Source: an uncultured Flavobacteriales bacterium
Lineage (GTDB): Bacteria; Bacteroidota; Bacteroidia; AKYH767-A; 2013-40CM-41-45
DNA: 64,000 bases
Assembly: GCA_964356415.1 (NCBI GenBank)
Contig: CAYHHK010000002.1
Location: 13,732-77,731, forward strand
Direction of reading: 5' to 3'
Of this stretch, positions 27,201 to 36,866 are shown piece after piece; the first letter of the stretch is position 1, and each line of letters starts with the position of its first letter. Below the pieces are notes generated by a model. That model was given only the letters and a program-made list of their open reading frames with translations. It did not search any database and had not been told where the DNA came from. A program made the translations under genes and the position numbers.

Positions 27201-28991
27201 ATTGATGCGAGTTGGGTATGGTACGAAGGTGGATGTGGCAGTGGAGCATCTGTTGCAATGGGATCGACTGCAACGCCAATTCCTGTAGGTGGAGGTGTTC
27301 ATACATATTATGTAAGAGCTGAAGGTTTTTGTAATGTAACAAACTGCGTACCTGTTACAGTATTGGTAAAGACTTCAGCACCGACCTCCAGTGTGAGTAC
27401 ATTAACAGCGCCGGTATCTGCGTGCACAGGAAATACTGCTGCCTTAACAGTTAATACTGTTTCAAATGCAACTTATTATTCTTGGAGCGGCCCTGCGGGA
27501 ATCTTGTTTGATGGCTTACCAGGACCGTATCAAACGACTTCAACAGGTGTTACCTCCACATTCGGCGCACTGCCAGGATCATCAGGATACAGCATATGTG
27601 TTTTTGGCGGTAACGCCTGCGGTCAAAGTAATACCATTTGTAAATGGGTACGCGCAAAAGTTTCAACACCGGGTCCAATTGCAGGTAGCATCACAGGTTG
27701 CCCGAATATGAGCTCAGGCTACAGCGTTTCTCCTGTTGCAGGTGCTGATACTTATACATGGACTGTGGTTGGAAATGATGCTACTTTAAATGGTACTGCA
27801 GTCATCACGATTACAACTCCTACTCCAAATGTAACAGTAGATTTCGCTGCACCATTTATTGGCGCAACGCTGCAGGTATATGCTTCATTAAGCTGCGGCT
27901 ACAACAGTTCACCAAGGAGTATTTCAATAAGCCGCACACCAGCCGTTCCGGGAGCAATGACAGGAAATTCTTATGTTTGTCCTTCAACCAGTGCAGTTTA
28001 TTCCATTCCAACGGTAAACGGAGCTGCAACCTATAACTGGGTTTGCTCAGTACCGGGTGCAGTAGTTAGTCCTGCCGGTAATAGTGCCAGTATTTTCTTC
28101 CCGACAACAATCCCGGCTGGTTCCTCAGTTTGTGTTACTGCATTAAGTGCATGTGGATTTGCAAGCATTACAAGATGCAAGGGTATTGCAACCGGAATGC
28201 CAAATACGCCTTCGAATATTTCAGGACCAGCTTTGGGACAGTGTGGACAAACCGGAGTTTCATTCTCAATACCACCGGTAAGTAGTGCAACATCTTATCT
28301 GTGGACAGTTTCAAATGGAAGTGCATCCATTTCAGGACCAAATAACCTCAGTTCAGTATCAGTAGATTTTACAGGAAACCTAAATACTGTTACCCTTTCA
28401 GTTTCTGCAGGAAACAGTTGCGGAAACAGCGGAATACGTAGTCTTTCAATTCTTGGTAAGCCCGGAACTCCGGCTGCCATCTCAGGAAACAATTCAGTGT
28501 GCAATGGATCTGTTGAAAGTTATATGACAACGGGTTCTACCGGAGCAAATCTTTTAACATGGTCTGTTCCACCAACTGCATCAATCCTGGGAGGACAGGG
28601 ATCGAACAACTTGCTGGTACTCTGGGGAAGCGGTGGCGGTCAGCTAAAGGTATATGCAGCCAACGATTGTGGTAATTCTGCGAATACAATATTGCCGGTT
28701 ACAATTACATGCAGACAATCTCAATTACAAAATACAATTGAAAGCGATGTAAAGGTTTATCCGAATCCGGCACATGATAAGATGAAAGTTGAGATTAATT
28801 CCCTTACATCTGATCGCGTAGCAATTGATCTTATAAATACCCTTGGTGAAATTGTTTACCGTTCTGAAATGAACATTCATGAAGGCACTAACCTTCTTGA
28901 ATTGAACCTGGAAAACATGGCCAAAGGTTTTTACAACCTATCCATACTGGGAACCTCAGTTAATTCTCAACATCGTGTTGTGGTGGAATAA
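24213..28991 (+). CDS. giant (1592 aa) Ig-like-repeat surface adhesin with T9SS CTD
   Basis: Signal peptide MKNTTLFKALMFIALLATSQISFAQ. At least 12 ~80-aa repeats (…C.G…L.A.GG.TYSW.P…TYTVTGTD.NGC…). The C-terminal KVYPNPAHDKMKVEINSL...GFYNLSILGTSVNSQHRVVVE is a CTD. Confidence 0.7.
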   Translation: MKNTTLFKALMFIALLATSQISFAQTVIISPTGDGGFETGTTFAANGWTAVNSGSGNQWFCSNFVASAGARSAYVSSTATGTSNNYSNWSLSNATRVQHFYRNVNFPAGETSITLNFKWRCNGQSGSDDIKVFLVPTTTTPVAGTALPGANQIAGPYTGQSSYQTVSVTLSAALAGTTQRLVFSWRNNNDFSGSNPAGSFDEISLTSCTPPSVSASNNGPLCAGSNLDLSSTSSAGTFSWTGPNGFTSSSQNPTISSATAAASGTYTVIATSGGCSASSTTNATVNATTSISAHPAVQIKCEGANATFSVTASGTSVTYQWQDNSLGSFADIAGATSSSLVVNGVTLGMSGTLYQCIVSGSCGVVNSNSAALTVNPVPVVSASSSPVNGVICGTGSATLTASGGTTYSWNPGGSTSASISVSPLSTTTYTVTGTTNGCSATASQAVTVYPAVTALASASLSTLCQNGNTDLTAAGGNSTNYSVTSIPYSSPLGSGSSATSGDDAVSGSIALPFTFSFYGVNYNNLYVYTNGFVQLGTSSSSTGVYGQTLPSATNPNNIIAGVLSDLNANANTITTFSTGSTPNRVFTIYYNNVAFYCSGTGGGCSGNKRGNVNFQIRLYEKSNIIEVHMNNLTNSSSTSGALKTMGIENTNGTSAKVPAGRNGSDGNWTVSTPEAWRFTPNGGTLTYSWSPSTYLTNALILNPTAQNMQLSQNYVVTVTDQNGCSAASTAAAINVNPLPTVAVTPGSATDFCAGGNVTLTATAGLSSYSWNTTPVQTTQSINVNSLATYSVTGTDANGCSNVASQLVTVYDTLPANITVIGSTNLCTGQTTTDLQATQNNAVSYVWNTTEPTSLITVATSGNYSVTATDNFGCLHHQSQAITETAPPAAPIVVPAGSTVLCSDGITTTSVVLNTTNYSSDLLWSTSETTTGISVDYADIFTVTYTDANGCFATSNSISTEVRDYSLDPSTALNNSAYGEICNGTPASLTVNGGTLAIDASWVWYEGGCGSGASVAMGSTATPIPVGGGVHTYYVRAEGFCNVTNCVPVTVLVKTSAPTSSVSTLTAPVSACTGNTAALTVNTVSNATYYSWSGPAGILFDGLPGPYQTTSTGVTSTFGALPGSSGYSICVFGGNACGQSNTICKWVRAKVSTPGPIAGSITGCPNMSSGYSVSPVAGADTYTWTVVGNDATLNGTAVITITTPTPNVTVDFAAPFIGATLQVYASLSCGYNSSPRSISISRTPAVPGAMTGNSYVCPSTSAVYSIPTVNGAATYNWVCSVPGAVVSPAGNSASIFFPTTIPAGSSVCVTALSACGFASITRCKGIATGMPNTPSNISGPALGQCGQTGVSFSIPPVSSATSYLWTVSNGSASISGPNNLSSVSVDFTGNLNTVTLSVSAGNSCGNSGIRSLSILGKPGTPAAISGNNSVCNGSVESYMTTGSTGANLLTWSVPPTASILGGQGSNNLLVLWGSGGGQLKVYAANDCGNSANTILPVTITCRQSQLQNTIESDVKVYPNPAHDKMKVEINSLTSDRVAIDLINTLGEIVYRSEMNIHEGTNLLELNLENMAKGFYNLSILGTSVNSQHRVVVE

Positions 28992-29014
28992 TTCACAACT
29001 TGTGGTTGATCCAA

Positions 29015-29050
29015 ATAAAAAATGCCTCCCCGCCGGGAGGCATTTTTTAT
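29015..29050. terminator. bidirectional rho-independent terminator
   Basis: A5-ATGCCTCCC-gcc-GGGAGGCAT-T6 is a perfect 9-bp GC-rich stem. It lies between convergent genes ending at 28991 (+) and 29068 (-). Confidence 0.75.
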
Positions 29051-29067
29051 TTTGTCTGGCAATGAAA

Positions 29068-32000
29068 TTACATTCCTGCTTTCCCGGCAAGTTCATTGAA
29101 TTTTTTATCCAACTTGTCAGCCACGTCCTTTTGATTAGTCTGCTTGGCAATGCTTGCAACAGCCTGCATGATGTACAATGACTGATTCATATCCTGTTCA
29201 ACGTACTTGAAAAATTTTGTTCCTTTCAGTGATAAGTAGTATTCCAGGTTATCGGAATAAATATCGCTGAGGCGAATTAGAATTGAATTCGCTTTGTCTG
29301 TCCACTCTTTCTTCTTACTCAATTCCACATCACTGTTGACAAGCGATGAATCAATTGTGCGATCGGTGGCATCGGCTGCACGGTAGTAGAGTTCCCCGAT
29401 CTTCGTCATGAAATAATTGTAAGGAATGGTTTTATCAGGAGTAACTTCTACGCACTTGTCAAGAACCATAACAGCAGAATCGCGCTTGCCTTCATTGAGA
29501 AGTTCTTCCGCGAGGCGGCCAAAGTTGATACGGAAATTCGTCGTCATCCTTGTATTGTTTTCATCCAGATACACGCGCTCGTCATTCATGTTACCCCATA
29601 CAAACTTGGACATTACATTTTTATACATCACATCTGTTTCAACTCTGCCCGGAACTATGTCGTTTTTCTTTTCGGTGCGGATTGGAATAATGCGATATGT
29701 CAGACCTTCCAGTTGGAAGTAAGGCTCCAGATTCAGGAAGTTATCAGTTCCCACGGTCGTAGCAAAATAAACCGGGCGCTTCCAGTTGTTGTTGGCAAGA
29801 ATGTTCAGCACCATGAGGTCGTTTTTCATCAGATAGCCTCCATCGATAGTCCAGTCCATCACTTTTACAATTTTATCCGCATCCTTGGCAGCTACAGTAC
29901 CACTATTTACGGCCGCTGCCGAATCAACAGTAATTTTAAAATGTTTTGTAGGATAATAGTTTACCGATTCCCCTCCCTGGGTTCTTGCTTTGGAAGATTC
30001 ATCATCATTACCCATAAAGTCCACCAATTCCTTTAGTTCTACCGGTTCCTTCAATCCGCGATCATAAAAAGGAATGTAATCTCTTCTGCCCAGTGAATAT
30101 TTATCAGTAGTCCACGAAATGGCAATAGGATCACTTTCATAATATTTCCGCTTGAGTTGATTGATGTACCAGTCAGTATTCAGTAGCGAAAGGTTGACAA
30201 CGCGAACATCGGTTCGAACGCCCTCTACCTCCTGCGCATACCACAATGGGAAAGTATCGTTATCACCATTCGTAAAGATGATGGCATTGGGTGCACATGA
30301 ATTCAGATAATCCGTTGCAAAGTCGCGGGAAGTATAACGGAATGAACGGTTGTGGTCATTCCATCCTGCCTTGGCCATCATGCCGGGTATTACCAATCCA
30401 ATTATACTGGCGATGACAGCAGCCGTCTGACCTGAAGATTTTTTTCGGATCCATTCAAAGATCTGCAATACGCCCAAGCCTATCCAGATTGCAAAAGCAT
30501 AGGTGGATCCTGCATAAGCATAATCGCGCTCACGTGGCTGTAGCGGTGGTCCATTCAGGTAAATAACGATTGCTATTCCGGTAAAGAAGAACAGCATAAG
30601 GACGATCCATGCGTCATGCTTATCCCTCTTGAAATGACAATACATGCCAAGCAATCCAAGAATGAAAGGTAGCCCGTAAAGAAAATTTCTGGCCTTGTTG
30701 TTCTTGAGTTGTTCCGAAATTTTATCTTGTGGTCCGAGGCGCCATTCATCAATAAATTTAATTCCACTCATCCAGTTTCCTTTGGTAATTCCACCCGGAC
30801 CCTGAATATCATTCTGCCGTCCTACGTAATTCCACATAAAATAACGCCAGTACATTTCGCCGCACTGGTAGGTAAAGAAGAATTTGAGGTTCTCACCGAA
30901 AGTTGGTGTACGGTCGCCTTTAATATCAGCCCATTTTTTGTATTCAGCAACGTGGTTGTCCTGATTGCTGTACATCCGTGGAAAAATCGTGCTTTTGCTG
31001 TCATCATAAATGGGAATAACCTTTTTACCTGCTTCTACATATTTATCCATGCCTTCAATTTTTGCATATTGCATGGCGCCTTCTTCCTGATTTACAATTT
31101 TTGCATTGTAATGTTGTCCATAGAAAAGAGGACGGTCACCGTATTGTTCGCGGTTGAGGTAGCTTACGAAGTTAAAGACGTTATCAGGATTGTTTTCATC
31201 CAAAGGCGGTTCTACCTGGCTGCGGATTACAATCAATGCGAAGGAGGAATAACCAATCAGCACAAAAGCAAAACTGATGACAGCAGTATTCCAATGAACT
31301 AAATTTTTTCTTTTTGTATACCTCAACCCCCATATTACTCCCGCAATAATGAGCGCGATATAAAAGGTGAAGCCACTCCAGAATGGAAGACCCATGGTGT
31401 TTACAAATAGCAATTCAAATTTGCTTCCCAGCACAAACAATCCCTGAATAACGCCGAATTGAACAAACCCCAGTATGGTCATGCCGAGCATGGCTGTATA
31501 AATAATTCCTTTAGTAGTGGGCGTATATTTTCTGAAATAATAAACGAAGCCAAGTGCCGGAATGGTGAGCAAGCCGAGTAAGTGAACACCGATGCTAAGC
31601 CCCATCAGGTATGCAATGAGGATGATCCAACGAAGGTTGTGGGGCTCATCAGCCAAACTCTCCCATTTAAAAATGAGCCAAACGACCAGTGCGGTAAAGA
31701 AAGATGAGCTTGAATACACTTCAGCTTCAACAGCAGAAAACCAGAATGAGTCAGAGAATGTATAAGCGAGTCCGCCAACAACCCCTGCCCCCATTACCGC
31801 CAATATTTTGTCGAATCCCGCTTCTCCCTTTGCTATAACAATCTTCTTTGCCAGGGCTGTGATGGTCCAGAAGAGGAACAGGATGGTGAAAGCGCTCATC
31901 ATTGCGCTAAGCACATTTACCATAACAGAAAACATCGCGGTATTATCACCTGCAAAGAGTATAAACACCCTTGCCAGGATCATAAACAATGGCGCCCCGG

Positions 32001-32154
32001 GTGGGTGACCAACTTCGAGTTTATGGGCTGTGGCAATAAATTCCCCACAATCCCAGAAACTGCCTGTGGGTTCAATTGTTGACAAGTACGTGATAGCTGC
32101 AATGAGAAATACAACCCAGCCGGTGATGTTGTTGATCTTCTTATAGTTATTCAT
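29068..32154 (-). CDS. DUF2723-family giant polytopic membrane protein (GT-C / PMT-like putative glycosyltransferase) with C-terminal TPR-like soluble region
   Basis: N-terminus MNNYKKINNITGWVVFLIAAITYLSTIEPTGSFWDCGEFIATAHKLEVGHPPGAPLF. At least 11 predicted TM segments. The likely start is the ATG at 32154; the ORF-track start at 32286 adds 44 non-signal residues. Confidence 0.55.
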   Translation of the reverse strand: MNNYKKINNITGWVVFLIAAITYLSTIEPTGSFWDCGEFIATAHKLEVGHPPGAPLFMILARVFILFAGDNTAMFSVMVNVLSAMMSAFTILFLFWTITALAKKIVIAKGEAGFDKILAVMGAGVVGGLAYTFSDSFWFSAVEAEVYSSSSFFTALVVWLIFKWESLADEPHNLRWIILIAYLMGLSIGVHLLGLLTIPALGFVYYFRKYTPTTKGIIYTAMLGMTILGFVQFGVIQGLFVLGSKFELLFVNTMGLPFWSGFTFYIALIIAGVIWGLRYTKRKNLVHWNTAVISFAFVLIGYSSFALIVIRSQVEPPLDENNPDNVFNFVSYLNREQYGDRPLFYGQHYNAKIVNQEEGAMQYAKIEGMDKYVEAGKKVIPIYDDSKSTIFPRMYSNQDNHVAEYKKWADIKGDRTPTFGENLKFFFTYQCGEMYWRYFMWNYVGRQNDIQGPGGITKGNWMSGIKFIDEWRLGPQDKISEQLKNNKARNFLYGLPFILGLLGMYCHFKRDKHDAWIVLMLFFFTGIAIVIYLNGPPLQPRERDYAYAGSTYAFAIWIGLGVLQIFEWIRKKSSGQTAAVIASIIGLVIPGMMAKAGWNDHNRSFRYTSRDFATDYLNSCAPNAIIFTNGDNDTFPLWYAQEVEGVRTDVRVVNLSLLNTDWYINQLKRKYYESDPIAISWTTDKYSLGRRDYIPFYDRGLKEPVELKELVDFMGNDDESSKARTQGGESVNYYPTKHFKITVDSAAAVNSGTVAAKDADKIVKVMDWTIDGGYLMKNDLMVLNILANNNWKRPVYFATTVGTDNFLNLEPYFQLEGLTYRIIPIRTEKKNDIVPGRVETDVMYKNVMSKFVWGNMNDERVYLDENNTRMTTNFRINFGRLAEELLNEGKRDSAVMVLDKCVEVTPDKTIPYNYFMTKIGELYYRAADATDRTIDSSLVNSDVELSKKKEWTDKANSILIRLSDIYSDNLEYYLSLKGTKFFKYVEQDMNQSLYIMQAVASIAKQTNQKDVADKLDKKFNELAGKAGM

Positions 32155-32306
32155 AGCAATAAATGCGGTTTTTGTAGCGGGCGAAGGTAGAAAAATATTG
32201 AAAGGGGCAAAGTGGAAGGTGAATGAGGTGACTAAAATCGTTAAGTCGAAAAACAAGAGTAAATTTGTCTCTCCCACAATACCCATTCAATTGAATTTAT
32301 TAAAAA

Positions 32307-32741
32307 ATGAAAAGCTCTAAAAAGTTAATTTTCTTAGTGCTACTTTTTACAGTTGCAAAATGTGGCTTTTCCCAGCAACCATTGAAACGCGAGTCCAGAG
32401 GGAGTCATCCTGTCAAAACCACCTTTGGAGGAATAGCCAAAGGCGAAATTGACATTCTGGATCACCTGGAGGACTCTCTGGCATTTACCGATCCTTACAT
32501 CAGCTATTGGTTCCGCGTTGTGTCTTTTCACCTGGCAGTAAAATGCAATGGCGTGGTTTTAAAATACATGGAAAATAAATCCGGAAATAAGCTAACAGCA
32601 GAAAAGAAAGAAGCCATCAGAGAACTTCACAATGGATGTTCCCTGACTTTTGATGGCATTAAAACGGTTGACCTGGATCAGGATATGCGCAATATTAAAA
32701 ATGTATACGATTTCGGGATGCTGAAATTAACTTTGAAATAG
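32307..32741 (+). CDS. small secreted hypothetical protein
   Basis: Signal peptide MKSSKKLIFLVLLFTVAKCGFSQ. 144 aa. Confidence 0.45.
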   Translation: MKSSKKLIFLVLLFTVAKCGFSQQPLKRESRGSHPVKTTFGGIAKGEIDILDHLEDSLAFTDPYISYWFRVVSFHLAVKCNGVVLKYMENKSGNKLTAEKKEAIRELHNGCSLTFDGIKTVDLDQDMRNIKNVYDFGMLKLTLK

Positions 32742-32872
32742 TGCCTACAAACTGAAGAAGTCTGCAAACTCGTAATAAAATCGTCAATTTTAGTAATTAG
32801 ATTTGCAGCATTACAAGACGGCTTCGGGGTTATTCGTTATCCGTACATTCGTAAATATTCGTATTTCGTATC

Positions 32873-33046
32873 ATGGCGTTCACAGATAAGTTTGACCCCG
32901 AAGATTATTACATGTCTGAGGAAGGTTATATCATCTTTACAGAAAAATACCACCTGAAACGGGGTTACTGCTGCCAAAGCGGATGCAGGCATTGTCCGTG
33001 GAAAGACAAGTCAAAAGTTACAAGTCAAAAGTCAAAAGAAGAGTGA
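32873..33046 (+). CDS. 57-aa cysteine-rich protein (GYCCQSGCRHCPW motif; DUF5522-like), below the 60-aa ORF-track cutoff
   Basis: The hand-translated ORF is MAFTDKFDPEDYYMSEEGYIIFTEKYHLKRGYCCQSGCRHCPWKDKSKVTSQKSKEE. It has a CxxxGCxHCPW cluster typical of a conserved Bacteroidota small-protein family. Confidence 0.45.
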   Translation: MAFTDKFDPEDYYMSEEGYIIFTEKYHLKRGYCCQSGCRHCPWKDKSKVTSQKSKEE

Positions 33047-33260
33047 AATTAGTAGTGAGTGGTGAGATATGAGACGAGACTCCGGATACAAGATGAAGCC
33101 AAATGGAACTATATGTGAAAAACTGAATTACTAAATATCAATAATACCAATGACCTAATGACGGCTGTTCATTTCTTATGACGGCTGTTCTATACTAATG
33201 ACCTAATTATATAATTACCTCATCACCTAGTTATTTAATCACATAATCACCCAGTCCCCA

Positions 33261-34955
33261 TTGACATTCAAAATGCAAGCAACAGTTACCGATAAACTCG
33301 ATCTTTCAAAAACGAAAACTCCAACAGGAACCACGCTTTCCTGCAAAGGCTGGATACAGGAAGCTGCATTGCGCATGCTTCACAATAACCTTGACCCTGA
33401 GGTGGCTGAACGGCCTGAAGACCTCGTGGTATATGGCGGTACAGGAAAAGCTGCCAGAAACGTTGAGAGTTTTCACCTCATCGTGAAGGCGCTCCGCGAT
33501 TTAAATGACGATGAAACACTTCTCATACAATCAGGCAAACCAGTTGGCATACTTCCAACACATAAAGATGCGCCAAGGGTGATCATCAGCAACTCACAAC
33601 TTGTACCGCATTGGGCAACTTGGGAGCATTTCCGCGAACTCGAAGACAAAGGGCTCATCATGTACGGACAGATGACTGCCGGTTCTTGGATCTATATCGG
33701 ATCACAGGGAATTGTACAGGGAACTTATGAAACCTATGCTGAAGTGGCGCGCCAGCACTTTGGAGGTTCATTGAAAAATACACTGAACGTAACTGCCGGA
33801 CTGGGAGGCATGGGTGGCGCACAACCGCTGGCGATAACCATGAATGAAGGCGTTTGTCTGGCTGCAGAAATGGAAGAATGGAGAATCAGGAAACGGCTCG
33901 AGACAAAATACATTGACGAAATTTCTTTAGACATTGACGAAGCAATTGACCTCGCGGTAAAATATAAGAAAGAAGGGAAAGCCCTTTCAATCGGTGTTGT
34001 CTGCAATGCTGTTGATCTTCTGCAGCGGCTGATCGACAGAGGAATCACTCCCGATACATTAACTGATCAGACTTCAGCACATGATGAACTTGTTGGCTAT
34101 TTCCCCGAAAAACTTTCAGTAGAAGAAGCAAAAATTTTACGCAATGAAAATCCCAAAAAATACATTGAACTTTCGCTGGATACGATGGTGAAACATGTTA
34201 AGCTGATGATTGAGTTGCAGGCAAAAGGAGCAATCACATTCGACTATGGGAATAACCTCCGCGGACAGGCATTGGCACGCGGATTAGAAAATGCATTTTC
34301 ATTTCCGGGATTTGTGCCTGCATACATTCGTCCTTTATTTTGTGAAGGCAAAGGACCTTTCCGCTGGGCTGCATTGAGCGGTGATCCGAATGATATTTAT
34401 GAAACGGATAAGAAAATCCTTGAACTATTCCCTGATAACAAACCGTTGGCACGCTGGATAAAGATGGCTCAGGAGAGAATTGCATTTCAGGGTTTGCCTG
34501 CACGCATTTGCTGGCTTGGCATGGGAGAAAGAGAAAAAGCAGGACTTGCATTCAATGAACTTGTGAGATCAGGAAAAGTTAAGGCACCGATCGTGATTGG
34601 CAGAGATCACCTCGATACAGGAAGTGTTGCATCCCCCAACCGTGAAACGGAAGCGATGAAAGACGGAAGTGATGCCATTGCAGACTGGCCGGTACTGAAT
34701 GCCCTCATCAATACTGCAGGAGGAGCAAGCTGGGTTTCCCTGCATCATGGAGGCGGAGTTGGTATTGGCTACTCGATACATGCAGGCATGGTCATCGTTG
34801 CAGACGGAACTGAAGATGCTGCAAAAAGATTAAAGCGCGTGCTGAACAATGACCCTGCAATGGGCGTAATAAGGCATGCAGATGCGGGATATGACATTGC
34901 AATTGATGTTGCGAGAAAATTCCGACTGGATTTAAAAAGCAGGCTCGGTAATTGA
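33261..34955 (+). CDS. hutU: urocanate hydratase
   Basis: Full-length collinearity with HutU. Supporting segments [10 protein letters not shown] and [15 protein letters not shown]. 564 aa. Confidence 0.9.
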   Translation: MTFKMQATVTDKLDLSKTKTPTGTTLSCKGWIQEAALRMLHNNLDPEVAERPEDLVVYGGTGKAARNVESFHLIVKALRDLNDDETLLIQSGKPVGILPTHKDAPRVIISNSQLVPHWATWEHFRELEDKGLIMYGQMTAGSWIYIGSQGIVQGTYETYAEVARQHFGGSLKNTLNVTAGLGGMGGAQPLAITMNEGVCLAAEMEEWRIRKRLETKYIDEISLDIDEAIDLAVKYKKEGKALSIGVVCNAVDLLQRLIDRGITPDTLTDQTSAHDELVGYFPEKLSVEEAKILRNENPKKYIELSLDTMVKHVKLMIELQAKGAITFDYGNNLRGQALARGLENAFSFPGFVPAYIRPLFCEGKGPFRWAALSGDPNDIYETDKKILELFPDNKPLARWIKMAQERIAFQGLPARICWLGMGEREKAGLAFNELVRSGKVKAPIVIGRDHLDTGSVASPNRETEAMKDGSDAIADWPVLNALINTAGGASWVSLHHGGGVGIGYSIHAGMVIVADGTEDAAKRLKRVLNNDPAMGVIRHADAGYDIAIDVARKFRLDLKSRLGN

Positions 34956-35016
34956 CAGGTAAGCTAAGTACCAATGGTATGCGAATTTACTAATCAGCCA
35001 ATTACCAAAAATAAAA

Positions 35017-35436
35017 ATGAAAAAAAGTATCAATTTCAAGTATGCAATGACAGTATTTGTCATTTCAATGATTGCTGTTTCCTGTGCAAAGGAAGAAGGA
35101 GACAAGGATATCATAACATTGCCGCGAGACAAGTTTATTGGCACATGGCATGTTACCTCCAATGGATCAAACAGCGGTAATCAGTTCTGGGACCTTATTA
35201 TTGAGCCCGCCTCAGCTTCTGCGGCCGAACAGGTTGTAATGAAGAATTTTGACCTGCAGGGAAACAACACAACTGTCTATGCAGATGTGAGTGGCAGTAA
35301 TTTATTGATACCCGGAACAGTTGTCGGAGCAGTAACCGTTGAAGGCACGGGATACCTGAACGGAGCAACCCTTACACTGGATTATACTTCAAGGGATTCG
35401 CAAACCGATACAGTTCACGCGACGGCAACAAAATAA
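35017..35436 (+). CDS. hypothetical lipoprotein
   Basis: MKKSINFKYAMTVFVISMIAVSCAKEE has a lipobox-like VSC. Confidence 0.45.
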   Translation: MKKSINFKYAMTVFVISMIAVSCAKEEGDKDIITLPRDKFIGTWHVTSNGSNSGNQFWDLIIEPASASAAEQVVMKNFDLQGNNTTVYADVSGSNLLIPGTVVGAVTVEGTGYLNGATLTLDYTSRDSQTDTVHATATK

Positions 35437-35442
35437 GGTTGT

Positions 35443-36099
35443 TTAGAATTCTGCCAAAACGGACTTCCCCCCCACTACTTTCTCGTTCAGCTGAACATTG
35501 ATCTTGGTTCCAACCGGAAGGAAAATATCTACACGGGATCCGAATTTTATAAAACCCATCTCTTCTCCCTGCTTTACAATCCAGTCTTTCTTAGGATAAC
35601 AGACAATACGCCTGGCAAGTGCTCCTGCAATCTGCCTCATTAATACCGGAACCTTAGAGGATGTCTCAATTACCACTGTGGTGCGCTCATTCTCCGTACT
35701 TGATTTAGGATGCCATGCAACCAGGTAAAGCCCGGGATGATAGCGGCAGTAAGTAATCTGTCCGCTTACAGGATACCTGTTTACATGAACATTCAGCGGC
35801 GACATGAAAATTGAAACCTGAATGCGTTTATCCTTCAGCACTTCAGACTCTTCGGTTTCTTCGATTACCACCACTTTCCCATCTGCAGGAGCAAAAACCT
35901 GTTTGTCGTTGCGAAAAATTTTCCTGATAGGATGCCTGAAGAACTGTAGCACAATAATAAACAGCAAAACAGAAACTCCGGTAATAATCGCCTGCAGGAA
36001 TTGATAATTCCCAAGATACTGCACACTGATGATGTGCAATACCACAAGAAAAAGTGTAACAATTACAATCGTAGAATAACCTTCTTTATGAATAGTCAC
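35443..36099 (-). CDS. psd: phosphatidylserine decarboxylase proenzyme
   Basis: N-terminal TM anchor. FAPADGKVV...YHPGLY...GFIKFGSRVDIFLP contains the G-S self-cleavage region. Confidence 0.85.
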   Translation of the reverse strand: MTIHKEGYSTIVIVTLFLVVLHIISVQYLGNYQFLQAIITGVSVLLFIIVLQFFRHPIRKIFRNDKQVFAPADGKVVVIEETEESEVLKDKRIQVSIFMSPLNVHVNRYPVSGQITYCRYHPGLYLVAWHPKSSTENERTTVVIETSSKVPVLMRQIAGALARRIVCYPKKDWIVKQGEEMGFIKFGSRVDIFLPVGTKINVQLNEKVVGGKSVLAEF

Positions 36100-36218
36100 T
36101 TCTTAATATTTAATAAGTTCGGACAAATGTAAAAAAGAGTTACAAGTTATGTTAATCGCTTCAACAGACCTTTGAACACCCAAAACTCACATCTTTCATC
36201 TCAAATAATCATTTATGT

Positions 36219-36779
36219 TTGCGGAAAATAAATAGAATAATGAATCGCCTGATTTCAATCAACAGCAATGACGATATTCCAAAAGAATTTATGGGCACAC
36301 CCATTGGAATGCTGTTACAATATCATAACCTCGATAAAAAATACGAGGATTATACTTCCGCACAAATGCTGATTGGGATGTGCATGGATAACAGGAAGCA
36401 CCTTCACATTCCGGAAAACTTTGCATATATCATTCGCACGGGAGGTGCAAACCTCCGGTATAGTGAGTTCCGGGTAAGTTATGCCATTGCTGTGGGAGGA
36501 GTACATTACATTGTGCTGATCGGGCATAACAATTGTGGAATGGTAAACCTATTGGCACGAAAGGACCAGTTCATCAAAGGCCTGGTTGACAATGCCGGCT
36601 GGAGCAAGGAAGAGGCAGAAGATCACTTTTATCACTTTGAGCCAGTACATGAAATTGGCAATGAGGTTGATTTTGTATGCAGTGAAGCAAAACGAATCAG
36701 GTTGCGTTATCCTAAGATTACAGTGGTTCCGATGATCTACCTGGTTGAAGATAATAAACTATATCTTGTAAATGAGTAA
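36219..36779 (+). CDS. beta-class carbonic anhydrase-like protein
   Basis: Zinc-ligand motifs C-x-D-x-R (CMDNR) and H-x-x-C-G (HNNCG). Confidence 0.55.
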   Translation: MRKINRIMNRLISINSNDDIPKEFMGTPIGMLLQYHNLDKKYEDYTSAQMLIGMCMDNRKHLHIPENFAYIIRTGGANLRYSEFRVSYAIAVGGVHYIVLIGHNNCGMVNLLARKDQFIKGLVDNAGWSKEEAEDHFYHFEPVHEIGNEVDFVCSEAKRIRLRYPKITVVPMIYLVEDNKLYLVNE

Positions 36780-36866
36780 TGAGATGAAGTGATTTGGAAA
36801 TTAAAAATTAGATAAAATTCGTATTTAGTAGAATACTATCTTCGCGCCTCAAAATTTTTAGACTAA

